Source of the DNA: Rhodospirillaceae bacterium
GTDB lineage: Bacteria; Pseudomonadota; Alphaproteobacteria; MPNO01; UBA2964
Assembly: GCA_002709075.1 (NCBI GenBank)
Contig: PAPV01000002.1
Location: 31,098-95,097 of the forward strand
DNA: 64,000 nt
Direction of reading: 5' to 3'
Position numbers and translations under genes: made by a program. The notes beneath the pieces are model-generated. The model had not been told where the DNA came from, made no database searches, and saw only the letters and a list, made by a program, of their open reading frames with translations. Shown here in pieces: positions 52,989 to 62,033 of this stretch. How positions within the stretch are numbered: the stretch's first letter is position 1; every line of letters starts with the position of its first letter.

Positions 52989-53868
52989 TCAAGTTGTCTA
53001 GCTTAAATACCTCTACTACGGCCTTCCCCAGAATATTGTTTTTTCAGTGCTAAATATTTTTGCTTCTTCTACAATGTACCGGGGATACAAATCCCCAACT
53101 GCAAAAGGATAATCAAATCCATTATTAGTTGTTAAGACCCATAAAATCGGCAGAGAACTTCTAACGTCCGAATATCAAAAACTACGGTATCGTGAAGATA
53201 TTTTTCAAGAGCTGACTTCGGGTCTCCAAACTCTGGTTTGTAAGGATGATTTATATTCAAGAGCACTTGCAATAACGGTCAACGTTGACCACCATGTGAT
53301 AGAAAAAAACGATGCACCGCTATTTTTGAATGGGTCAAAAAAATAAGTCGTGCCGTTGCTGTAGTCGTATCTATTTCCCTTCCGATTGTATTTGTACGAT
53401 CAAAATCATTCATTCATGGGTTGCCGCAGCCGAACATCGGGCGAATTTAGATTGTAGCATTTTTCTCGGATGCCATTTTCGAGAATTTTGGATGCTAGTT
53501 AGCCCATTTGTAGCAGGCTGGAATATAGTGGGGCAAGGCGATATTTCGTCTCATAGGCTCTGGCGAGGTATTCATCAATGAAACGAGAGAAATACAGTCC
53601 CTTTTTCGGAAGAAGTTAATAGACAAAGCTGTCCAAAAAAAAGCGCAGACAATTATATTAATTTTTTCTAAATTTAGCTGATTTTGCCAAGTGTCATATT
53701 TTCTTAGTTTTGGCGTAGTTGTTTTACCTATGTGCTGCCCAAAAATACTTACTTCGAAATATTATCCTCGACAAGACAGTCAATATTTGGAAACCTTTTT
53801 TAGGAACTAGCAACCAGAGTCTCAAAAATCGGTTAGGGAGTATAATGAGAATGGATAGTAACGATCAA
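52989..53868 (-). pseudogene. amidohydrolase_2 (ACMSD-like) pseudogene
   Basis: Manual translation across stops and frameshifts: IVTIHSHYTP* (HxH), LDSFVY*LLPKKGLYFSRFIDE, IRPMFGCG, NTIGREIDTTTATARLIF, FLSHGG, DTVVFD, FDYPFAVGD, ILG. Motifs are in the right order over ~880 nt, directly downstream of the crotonase. Confidence 0.8.
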
Positions 53869-53877
53869 TCGTTAAGG

Positions 53878-54603
53878 TCAGTTTTTCATTGCAGAGGCTG
53901 TATTTACCATTGAATGCAATGCTCTCGCATAATCTAATGCCCCTCTGTCATCCATGTACGGGGCAGAAGAGAGATATTCTTTCAGTCCAACTATAGCTGG
54001 TCGTTTACGGCTTAATAATATATTACAGAAATCTGAAACTTCGCTTTCTAAGTCTTTGTCTTCTGCTATCGTGCTAATAATACCATATGACATTGCTTGA
54101 TCCGCACTTATGAATTTGGCAGTGTAGGTCATCCATAAAATAGCATTTCTACTTATTCGGTTATACAGAGCAGACATTACCATAGTGGGCATAACATTAT
54201 GATTCATCTCTGGAATGTTGAATTGGGCGGAACGTGCAGCGATTGTCACGTCGCAAACTGCAGCTACGGCTGTTCCAAATCCCATGCATCTACCCTCTAT
54301 AACAGCCACAACTGGTATTTTGCAGTTTTTAATTGCACTGTAGCAATAGAAAATTGAGTCATATTCATCGCGACGGATGTAGGCCTCGGGGTCAGGAGGC
54401 CCTGCGTCGGCGTTTCTTACGCGTCCGGTGCAGAAATCAGGTCCACAGCTTCTCAAAAGAACCATATCTGCTGTTTCATGCGCTTTGGATATTTGGTAAG
54501 AAAACTCTGCTGCCATAGCGTCAGAACAAGCATTATCTTCAGAGCGGTTGAAAGTTGCTTCCAAAATACGCCCGTTACCATTAAACAAAATTTGATCAGT
54601 CAT
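53878..54603 (-). CDS. enoyl-CoA hydratase/isomerase (crotonase) family protein
   Basis: FNR...NA, DFCTGR, PVVAVIEGRCMGFG, CD, FNIPE; short, 241 aa. Confidence 0.85.
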   Translation of the reverse strand: MTDQILFNGNGRILEATFNRSEDNACSDAMAAEFSYQISKAHETADMVLLRSCGPDFCTGRVRNADAGPPDPEAYIRRDEYDSIFYCYSAIKNCKIPVVAVIEGRCMGFGTAVAAVCDVTIAARSAQFNIPEMNHNVMPTMVMSALYNRISRNAILWMTYTAKFISADQAMSYGIISTIAEDKDLESEVSDFCNILLSRKRPAIVGLKEYLSSAPYMDDRGALDYARALHSMVNTASAMKN

Positions 54604-54608
54604 AAAAA

Positions 54609-57011
54609 TTATCCAATCTTAGTTTCTACATTGCCGTTTAGTAAAGCCTCAATATCGCGAACGCGCATAGGAAGTGTCTCAATTGATTTTCCAAGCGGTT
54701 CCAGAGCATCATTTACAGCGCTAGCGATTGCTGCCGGTGCTCCTAAATAACCAGACTCACCGGAACCTTTTTGTCCAAATTCGGTAAGAGGTGACGGGGT
54801 GAAATGTTTTATCATTCCCACGGATGGGATCTCATGAGATGAAGGTATTAAATAATCCATAAATGTACCAGCTTGTAATTGGCCACTATCATCATATTGA
54901 AATTTTTCGTAAAGCGCTGCACCTATTCCATGCGCGATCCCGCCGAATGTCATTCCACGCACAATATCGGGGTTGATGACGGTGCCGCAATCGTGCCCGA
55001 TATAGTAGTCGCAAATCTCAACCTGCCCTGTGTCGGGATCAATGCTCACCAATGGAACATGCGCTTCGAACGCGTAACAGGGATACATTTGCACGGTGCC
55101 ATCGTCCGCTGGCATTGCGCCACCAGTGGGAACTTCCCAGGTATGTTGTGCTTGAAGTCCTGGTTCGGTGCCAATTGGCATGTTGTGGTATTGTCGGTGG
55201 GCAATATCGACTAATTGTTCCCATGTTAAATGCCGTTCTCTATCTCCATCTACGAAAATATCACCACCATCATAAATTAAGCGGTCTTCAGGTAGTTGAA
55301 AATTATGAGCGGCAATTTTTAAAAGCTGCGCCTTAATTTTTTTTGCAGCTCCAGCCGCTGCACCCCCTAACATAATAGCCATTCTACTCCCAACAGGACT
55401 ATTAGAAGGAAGTGCGGTTACGGAATCAGCGTGTATTGCACGAATCGTATCTGGATCACGCTCTAGTACTTCTCCAATTGATACGGCTAGCAGCGTTTCA
55501 TGCCCTTGGCCAGAACTTGAAGTGCCCATCATCGCAGACACCCCTCCAAGCATGTCAATTTTGATTAAACAAGACTCCATCCAGGTTGTAGTGTTATTCT
55601 TGGGGTTAAAAAGTGGTTCGAAAGACGAATTTCCGCCAGAAGGTTCGAGGCATGTTGATAGGCCAATACCAGCCAGTTTTCCTTGTTTGCGGATAACATC
55701 GCGTTTAGTTACCAGTTGGTCCCAATTTGCTGATTCCATGAGTTTATCAAGCACTGTATGATAATCACCACTATCGTACTCTGAACCGGAAGGTATTCTC
55801 CATGGAAATTCGTGAGACTTTATTAAATTGCGTCGGCGAATTTCTTCGCGTCCGATCCCCATTTCTTTAGCAATTCGATCTACGACCGTTTCTATTGCAA
55901 AATTGGTTGGTGCTTGGCCAAAACCTCTCACCGCTTCTTGGCTGGTCTTATTAGTTGAAACCGAACGTGCATGATACTGTGCACTTTTAATTCTATAGGG
56001 TCCAACTATTGCGCTTACGGGCTTCCCTAATTGGAGTGGGGCTCTCCCCGGATAACAACCACAGTCATCGGTTGCAGTAATTTTTAGTGAGTGCATGATC
56101 CCGTCGTCATCATACGCTACCTCCATGTCAAAAATCCGGTCGGGCCCGTGCATTTCACCGCCTGCCATATTTTCTATTCTATCTTCAATAAACCTGACCG
56201 GACGTCTCAGCTTCCGGGTTAAGTAAGATACTATTACTGTTTGTCTTATTCCTCTTTTTAATCCGTAGGATCCGCCTACATCCACGTCAAAATGTACGTT
56301 GACGGAACTTGCTGGCAATTTCAACGCGCGTGCTATTTGTTCGGGATATTTGGGCATTTGAACAGAGGCCCAAATATCAAGCATCTCCCGTCCGTCATCC
56401 CAGCTAGCAGTCACCGCAAAGGTTTCAATTGGAATTGTTGAGCACCTTGACCATCTTGCCCTAAGAGAGAGTGAATGTGGAGCCTTGCTAAAATCACCAT
56501 CAACATCTCCCCAAACCCACTGTTTATCAAAAAATATATTATCCCCTTTTTCTGGATGAACTAACGGAGCATCAGGTTTCATAGCAATTTCGGGGTCTAT
56601 TACGAAATCGAGCATATCATAATCCACCATCACAAGTTCTGCTGCATCTTCAGCAATATGACGGGTGTCCGCCACCACAGCTGCCACCCATTCGCCAGCA
56701 TACCGTGCTCTTCCTGATGCAAGAGGTAATCGCTTAACATCTGGCAGATCTAATCCTGATAAAAGTGGACTGATGTTTTCTGCTAATTCTGCTCCTGTTA
56801 AAACGTAGTGAACTCCATCTACCGCAATGGCCTGATCTACATTAATAGATTTTATTTTAGCGCAAGCGAAAGGTGACGAGACCATTGCAACGTGTAACAT
56901 ACCAGACAGCTTTAAATCCGCCGCGAATCGCCCCCTACCAGTAATGAATCGACGGTTTTCTTTTACTCTGCGCTTTTTCGATATGTACCGGAACGCGGAC
57001 TTTTTATTCAT
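54609..57011 (-). CDS. xanthine-oxidase-family molybdenum hydroxylase, molybdopterin large subunit
   Basis: DVGGSYG, loop AVRGFG, YDSGDY, GQGHET, GSR, DCGTVINP, GGIAHGIG, FMDY, KGSGESG. The ATG at 57011 overlaps the small-subunit stop. Confidence 0.93.
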   Translation of the reverse strand: MNKKSAFRYISKKRRVKENRRFITGRGRFAADLKLSGMLHVAMVSSPFACAKIKSINVDQAIAVDGVHYVLTGAELAENISPLLSGLDLPDVKRLPLASGRARYAGEWVAAVVADTRHIAEDAAELVMVDYDMLDFVIDPEIAMKPDAPLVHPEKGDNIFFDKQWVWGDVDGDFSKAPHSLSLRARWSRCSTIPIETFAVTASWDDGREMLDIWASVQMPKYPEQIARALKLPASSVNVHFDVDVGGSYGLKRGIRQTVIVSYLTRKLRRPVRFIEDRIENMAGGEMHGPDRIFDMEVAYDDDGIMHSLKITATDDCGCYPGRAPLQLGKPVSAIVGPYRIKSAQYHARSVSTNKTSQEAVRGFGQAPTNFAIETVVDRIAKEMGIGREEIRRRNLIKSHEFPWRIPSGSEYDSGDYHTVLDKLMESANWDQLVTKRDVIRKQGKLAGIGLSTCLEPSGGNSSFEPLFNPKNNTTTWMESCLIKIDMLGGVSAMMGTSSSGQGHETLLAVSIGEVLERDPDTIRAIHADSVTALPSNSPVGSRMAIMLGGAAAGAAKKIKAQLLKIAAHNFQLPEDRLIYDGGDIFVDGDRERHLTWEQLVDIAHRQYHNMPIGTEPGLQAQHTWEVPTGGAMPADDGTVQMYPCYAFEAHVPLVSIDPDTGQVEICDYYIGHDCGTVINPDIVRGMTFGGIAHGIGAALYEKFQYDDSGQLQAGTFMDYLIPSSHEIPSVGMIKHFTPSPLTEFGQKGSGESGYLGAPAAIASAVNDALEPLGKSIETLPMRVRDIEALLNGNVETKIG

Positions 57012-57493
57012 ACACAATTGTCCTTAATTTTTTTAGCAGCCATTTGAACTGCCTCCACAATTTGTTGGTATCCTGTGCAACGGCATAAATTACCTCCAAT
57101 TGCGTCTCTAATTTCTGATTCTGACGGAGAAGGGTTTTCTTGTAAAAGTTGATGGGTTGCTATAAGCATACCCGGCGTACAATAGCCGCACTGCATTGCG
57201 TGATTTTCCCAAAATGCATCCTGCAGGGGTGATAAAGAACCATCATCTTCTTCCAATCCTTCAACCGTTATAACATCATGTCCATCTGCCATCACAGCAT
57301 ATATGAGGCAGGACCTAATTGGTTTTCCATCGAAAATAACCGAACATGCACCACAAACACCATGTTCGCATCCCACATGTGTTCCGGTCAAGTCGAGGAC
57401 GTCCCTCAAAAAGTCCACAAGTGTCATACGAGCTTCAGCATTCTCTGCATACTTTGCTCCATTGACTGTTAAAGATACCTTGTGACAGCTCAT
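57008..57493 (-). CDS. molybdenum hydroxylase 2x[2Fe-2S] small subunit
   Basis: GCEHGVCGAC...SC, QCGYCTPG, GNLCRCTGY. The ATG at 57493 overlaps the FAD-subunit stop. Confidence 0.93.
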   Translation of the reverse strand: MSCHKVSLTVNGAKYAENAEARMTLVDFLRDVLDLTGTHVGCEHGVCGACSVIFDGKPIRSCLIYAVMADGHDVITVEGLEEDDGSLSPLQDAFWENHAMQCGYCTPGMLIATHQLLQENPSPSESEIRDAIGGNLCRCTGYQQIVEAVQMAAKKIKDNCV

Positions 57494-58371
57494 ACAAGGC
57501 TTCCTTTCGCGCGCTCCCGTGCATCTTTTAATGCGCGACCCACAAGCACGCAAGCCACTCTCCTACGGTAATCAGCATCAGCGTGCACATCTGCCTGTGG
57601 CTCTAGCATTTCAGGGATTTTTTCCATTGCCGTTTTTATCTCGGTATCTGACAAATCACTTCCCATCAGTTGCTCTTCGGTCTCGCTAATTCGAGTGGGT
57701 ATTTCCGTCGCACCGCCGATCACGATGCTGATTGATCTGCATTGACCTGAACTATCCAGGGATAGTTGTGCAGCTGCGGAAGCTAGCGCATAGTCGCTAG
57801 CTCTTATACTGGTTTCATGAAACCCGAACCCAGTTCTCACGGAAGACCAAATTGGAAAACAAACTTGAGTGAGACATTCATCTGCGTCAAGATTTGTAAT
57901 CATAGCCGAGCTAAAGAAATTAGCGGCCTTAATGACTCGTTCACCCCTTACACTATGCACCGTCATTTCTGCATCGAGAAGACGGGCTATAAGTGAGATT
58001 TCCGCTGATGGATCTGCATTAACTAGACTACCACCAACAGTACCTCTGTTCCGTGTTTGCGTATGCCCAACATGGGAAAGTGCATCAGATAAAATGGGAA
58101 GAGACCTACGAACATCAACAGATTCTAATACTTCTGATTGTCGTGTGCAGGCTTTGATAATCACACTCTTCTTGGTTATCTCGATACCTTTAAGCTCTTC
58201 TACATCGTTAATGTCTATTAGCGTATTCGGACGAGCCATTCGCATAGCCATTAAGGGAACAAGAGTTTGTCCCCCCGCGATGATTCTTGCTTCACCTGCT
58301 TGTTGTGACAAAAACAGACAAATCTCATCGAGTGATTTTGCCTTAACGTAGTCGAATTCTGCTGCTTTCAT
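57490..58371 (-). CDS. molybdenum hydroxylase FAD-binding medium subunit
   Basis: MKAAEFDY, AGGQTL.P, TRNRGTVGGS, ADPSAE, D.HAD..YRR. Confidence 0.93.
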   Translation of the reverse strand: MKAAEFDYVKAKSLDEICLFLSQQAGEARIIAGGQTLVPLMAMRMARPNTLIDINDVEELKGIEITKKSVIIKACTRQSEVLESVDVRRSLPILSDALSHVGHTQTRNRGTVGGSLVNADPSAEISLIARLLDAEMTVHSVRGERVIKAANFFSSAMITNLDADECLTQVCFPIWSSVRTGFGFHETSIRASDYALASAAAQLSLDSSGQCRSISIVIGGATEIPTRISETEEQLMGSDLSDTEIKTAMEKIPEMLEPQADVHADADYRRRVACVLVGRALKDARERAKGSLV

Positions 58372-58498
58372 TGCTGCGTTACCATGACCCTATCATTTTA
58401 TTAACCAATTACCGGAAGGTATGAAGCGCCTCAGGGGTTGTCAACTTTTTGAGCCGTGCCATAAAACAAATCCATGGTAAAACTTAGGGCGTAATTAT

Positions 58499-60151
58499 AT
58501 GAGCAATAGCAAACAAAGTTATCCTGATCTCCATGATCATATACGGTCTTTGGACGATGCTGGACTTCTAGTAACAGTTGATGATCCAGTAGATAAAGAT
58601 TCTGAGATGCACGCGTTGGTTCGTTGGCAGTTTGTAGGTGGACTGAAGGAAACAGAACGCAAGGCTTTTCTGTTTCGGAATATAAAGAACGCTCAAGGAC
58701 GTTCTTACAGTTTACCAATTGTAGTTGGTGCTTTGGCAGCTAGTCAGGATATTTATAGCATTGGCATGGGGGTACCAGTCGATGAAATTGGGGCTAAGTG
58801 GGAAAATGCAATTGCAAATCCTATATCTCCCAAGAAAATCAATTCCCCTGCATGCCAGGAGATTGTTATCGAGGGTAAGGATTTGCATGGCGCAGGAAAT
58901 GGAATTGATGCTTTACCTATCCCTGTGTCCACCCCAGGGTTCGATAACGCACCAACGCTAACTTCTACTAACGTCATAACAAGAGATCCTGAGAATGGCA
59001 CCCAGAATATGGGGACTTATCGCGCTGCTTTAAAGGCATCCGATCGCTTGGTGGTGAGGATGGCAACAAGGGTTGGTGGAGCTGGTGGTTATCAACATTA
59101 CAAGAAGTATCAAGAACGTGGCGATAAAGAAATGCCTGTTGCGATAGTGGTTGGATGTCCACCTTGTGTAGCTTTTATGGGCCCCCAGAAACTCCCGATG
59201 GACATGGACGAAATGGCAGTTGCCGGGGGGTTGGCTGGTGTCCCAGTCAACATGGCAAATGCTTATTCAGTGGATTTATTGGTTCCAGCAGAGGCGGAAT
59301 TGGTAATTGAAGGTTTTGTGGATACAGAAATTGTTGAACCGGAAGGCCCATTTGGTGAAAGCCATGGGCACGTTGCCTTGGAAGAATTCAACATGCCCAT
59401 GAGGGTGACCGCAATTACGCGCAGACATGATGCTGTGCTCACATCATACATAAGTCAGGCTGCACCCTCTGAGTCTAGCGTAATTAAGCGTGTGGCATAC
59501 GAACCCCTATTCCTAACACATCTTCGTGATGCATTGGGAATAAAGGGTGTTAAAAAAGTATCTTTGCATGAACCGCTTACTGGGCTTCTTCGAGTAACTA
59601 TTATTACCGTTCAAAGTAATACTCCGTCGACAGAAATTTGGAGGGCTCTCTATGGCGCAGCTTACTTTAAAGGTGATTGCAGTAAAATTTGTATCGCAGT
59701 TAATGATGACATAGATCCTGACAATTCTGATGCGATGTTCTGGGCGATGGCATATCGTATGAATCCTGTTAATGATGTGCAAACACTTGCACATCGAGGG
59801 CAGGGTCATGGACCAAAGCGAGAGCATACCGGCGAGGAGGATTCAACACTTTTGATGGATGCTACAATGAAAAGTTTTATGCCTCCCGTTGCACTTCCTA
59901 CAAGAGAATATATGGAAAAAGGCCTAGTGCTATGGAATAAACTCAATTTACCACCCGTACGGCCTACACCACCGTGGTTTGGCTACTCTTTGGGTGATTG
60001 GAATTCAGTATGGGAAGCAGGAGCTAAGCGTGCTGCTGAGGGGGGATACCTGGAGAATGGCCGTTTGTCGCAGCAGCGCCAGCAACAAAGTTTACCGCCA
60101 GAAACATCTGTACGAGAGGTGGAAGAAGGATGGGAAGGTGTTGACGATTAA
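58499..60151 (+). CDS. UbiD-family prenylated-FMN-dependent (de)carboxylase
   Basis: TRDPE.G.QNMGTYR, VPAEAELVIEG, EGPFGESHG catalytic loop, V.DDIDP...WAM..R. Divergent from canonical ubiquinone-pathway UbiD. Confidence 0.9.
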   Translation: MSNSKQSYPDLHDHIRSLDDAGLLVTVDDPVDKDSEMHALVRWQFVGGLKETERKAFLFRNIKNAQGRSYSLPIVVGALAASQDIYSIGMGVPVDEIGAKWENAIANPISPKKINSPACQEIVIEGKDLHGAGNGIDALPIPVSTPGFDNAPTLTSTNVITRDPENGTQNMGTYRAALKASDRLVVRMATRVGGAGGYQHYKKYQERGDKEMPVAIVVGCPPCVAFMGPQKLPMDMDEMAVAGGLAGVPVNMANAYSVDLLVPAEAELVIEGFVDTEIVEPEGPFGESHGHVALEEFNMPMRVTAITRRHDAVLTSYISQAAPSESSVIKRVAYEPLFLTHLRDALGIKGVKKVSLHEPLTGLLRVTIITVQSNTPSTEIWRALYGAAYFKGDCSKICIAVNDDIDPDNSDAMFWAMAYRMNPVNDVQTLAHRGQGHGPKREHTGEEDSTLLMDATMKSFMPPVALPTREYMEKGLVLWNKLNLPPVRPTPPWFGYSLGDWNSVWEAGAKRAAEGGYLENGRLSQQRQQQSLPPETSVREVEEGWEGVDD

Positions 60152-60289
60152 TCCTTACCTGTTAATAACTTAAAAATTATGCTTGATGGGAGAGATACCT
60201 TTAGGCAGTATGCGGCTTTTCGAGAGATAGCAGTTTTTAATTGTTGCTCTTGTGGCTTGTTTAATTCGACAACGATCAGGGAGAGAAAG

Positions 60290-61330
60290 ATGAGATTAGT
60301 AAAAGCTGGTGTTGGAGCACTTGCTGTCGCAGCCACCCTCGGCGCTACACAAGCGGTTGCCCAGACCAAAAATCTTACAATGGTAACTGCGCTGCAGCGA
60401 ACCAATGTTCTTGCACGTAGTGCTATTGAAGTGTTCATTCCAGAAATGAATAAACGTGGTAAAGGATTGATTAAAGTTAACTATGTAGGTGGACAAGAGG
60501 TTGTTCCTCCAAGAAAAGCAGCAGCGGCTCTAAAACGTAACCAATTTAACATTCTATCTGCTCCTACTGCTTATTATATAGGTACAGTACCCGAAGGTTT
60601 TGCGCTTCTGGCTGCTAACCAAGGACCAAAGGTTCTTCGAAAGAATGGTGCGTGGGAGAAGCTTCAGGGAATATATAGCAAAAAGGCCGGCGGTCATTTG
60701 TTAGCTTGGGGTGAAAACATGACCTCATATTACATGTACTTAACCAAAATGCCGCCTATGGATGCAAACGGGTTACCTAATTTAAAGGGTTTCAAAATGC
60801 GCGCCACTGGCACATACCGTCCTTTATTCCGTGCCCTTGGAGCCACAACAATTGGAATCAAATCTTCTGAAATCTTCACAGCTGTTCAGCGGGGAACTAT
60901 CGATGGTTTCGGCTGGACGGATGTTTCTGCTGTAGCACTCGGATTTCATAAACTGGTAAAATACCGTGTTCAGCCTAATTTCTATCAAACAAATCAGGTT
61001 ATCACAGTAAATGAGGGTGTTTGGAAAAGCCTGAATAAAAAACAGCGTGACGTGATGACGGATGTGGGTATTTGGTATGAAACCGCCTCAGTAAAGTTCG
61101 TTGAGAAGGAACGGCAAAGAGAAGAGGCTGTGATTGCAAAGTCAATGATGAAAGACATCAATCTCAGCAAAGAGGCATCCGCTAAATATTTAAGTCTTGC
61201 CCATGGTGAGATTTGGAAACAGCTTAAGAAGAAGTCAAAAAATGCCGATATGCTTCGGAAATTAATGTACGTAGATGGTAAAGCGAACCGACAAGTGGAC
61301 ACTGGTCGAAAGTTAGATGAAAAGCGGTAA
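60290..61330 (+). CDS. dctP: TRAP transporter substrate-binding protein
   Basis: Signal peptide (..AVA|Q), YVGGQEV, LKGFKMRA, ALGA, EIFTAVQRGTIDG, W.SL; GGGAGA RBS before the ATG at 60290. Confidence 0.9.
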   Translation: MRLVKAGVGALAVAATLGATQAVAQTKNLTMVTALQRTNVLARSAIEVFIPEMNKRGKGLIKVNYVGGQEVVPPRKAAAALKRNQFNILSAPTAYYIGTVPEGFALLAANQGPKVLRKNGAWEKLQGIYSKKAGGHLLAWGENMTSYYMYLTKMPPMDANGLPNLKGFKMRATGTYRPLFRALGATTIGIKSSEIFTAVQRGTIDGFGWTDVSAVALGFHKLVKYRVQPNFYQTNQVITVNEGVWKSLNKKQRDVMTDVGIWYETASVKFVEKERQREEAVIAKSMMKDINLSKEASAKYLSLAHGEIWKQLKKKSKNADMLRKLMYVDGKANRQVDTGRKLDEKR

Positions 61331-61351
61331 ATAGTCCTTAAGCAAAACATC

Positions 61352-61390
61352 AAAAGAACGGCACCGGTAATTCTGGTGCCGTTTTTTTTA
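61352..61390 (+). terminator. intrinsic terminator-like hairpin after dctP
   Basis: AACGGCACCGG-taatt-CTGGTGCCGTT followed by a T-run and preceded by an A-run. Confidence 0.8.
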
Positions 61391-61514
61391 GCTCTTTTTG
61401 TTTTTTTCGCCACAATTATTTGACTTCAATTAATAGACTGGACAATATAGGTCCTATTATAAAAGCCGTTAGTTCGGATGAATGAAAATAGGGTAGGCGA
61501 CTTGGGAGGGAGGC

Positions 61515-62033
61515 TTGCTGAAAAACTTTGATAGAGGTCTTGGGATTCTTACAACTGGTTGTAGTTGGATAGCGGCTGCAATTATTCCGTGTATATTTGT
61601 AGGCATTACTATAGATGTAAGTATCAGGTTATCGGGCAACAATCCGCCATTATTTACTTCAACATTCGTTGAATACGGTTTACTTTACATGACTGTTTTA
61701 GCAGCGCCGTGGTTGGTGCGTGAACGTGGACATGTTGTGATTGAAGCTCTTATAACCGCTCTACCTAACACAGTAAGAAAGCCTTTGGCTAAATTTGTTT
61801 ATTTGCTTTGCACGCTGATGGCGTTTCTTTTTGCATACTTGTGCTTGGGAATTTTTATTGATTACTGGATTGGCGGTGAGGAGGATGTTAGAGGAGTTGA
61901 TATGCCCTATTGGTCTCAATTTTTGCCTCTTCCATTTTGCTTTGCTCTGGTAGGGCTTGAATTTTTGATCTATTTTTTAGGAGTGCGTTCTTACTATTCT
62001 TATGATCTTGGTGAAGTAAAGGATGGCGTTTGA
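61515..62033 (+). CDS. dctQ: TRAP transporter small permease
   Basis: Four TMs; DVSIR, EYGL, ERGHVVI; strong RBS and TTG start. Confidence 0.9.
   Translation: MLKNFDRGLGILTTGCSWIAAAIIPCIFVGITIDVSIRLSGNNPPLFTSTFVEYGLLYMTVLAAPWLVRERGHVVIEALITALPNTVRKPLAKFVYLLCTLMAFLFAYLCLGIFIDYWIGGEEDVRGVDMPYWSQFLPLPFCFALVGLEFLIYFLGVRSYYSYDLGEVKDGV

Noticed and set aside
53330-53913. Plus-strand ORFs 53330-53581 and 53719-53913
   Set aside because: Antisense to the amidohydrolase pseudogene; Cys/Trp-rich random-looking translations.
54609-58371. Aerobic CO dehydrogenase (coxMSL)
   Set aside because: The active-site loop is AVRGFG, not AYxCSFR or AYxGAGR, and no coxDEFG accessory genes are present.
58447-58463. 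Sigma54 promoter for the Mo-hydroxylase arm (TGGCACG on the minus strand)
   Set aside because: The -24 element is present but the -12 TTGC is replaced by AAAA.
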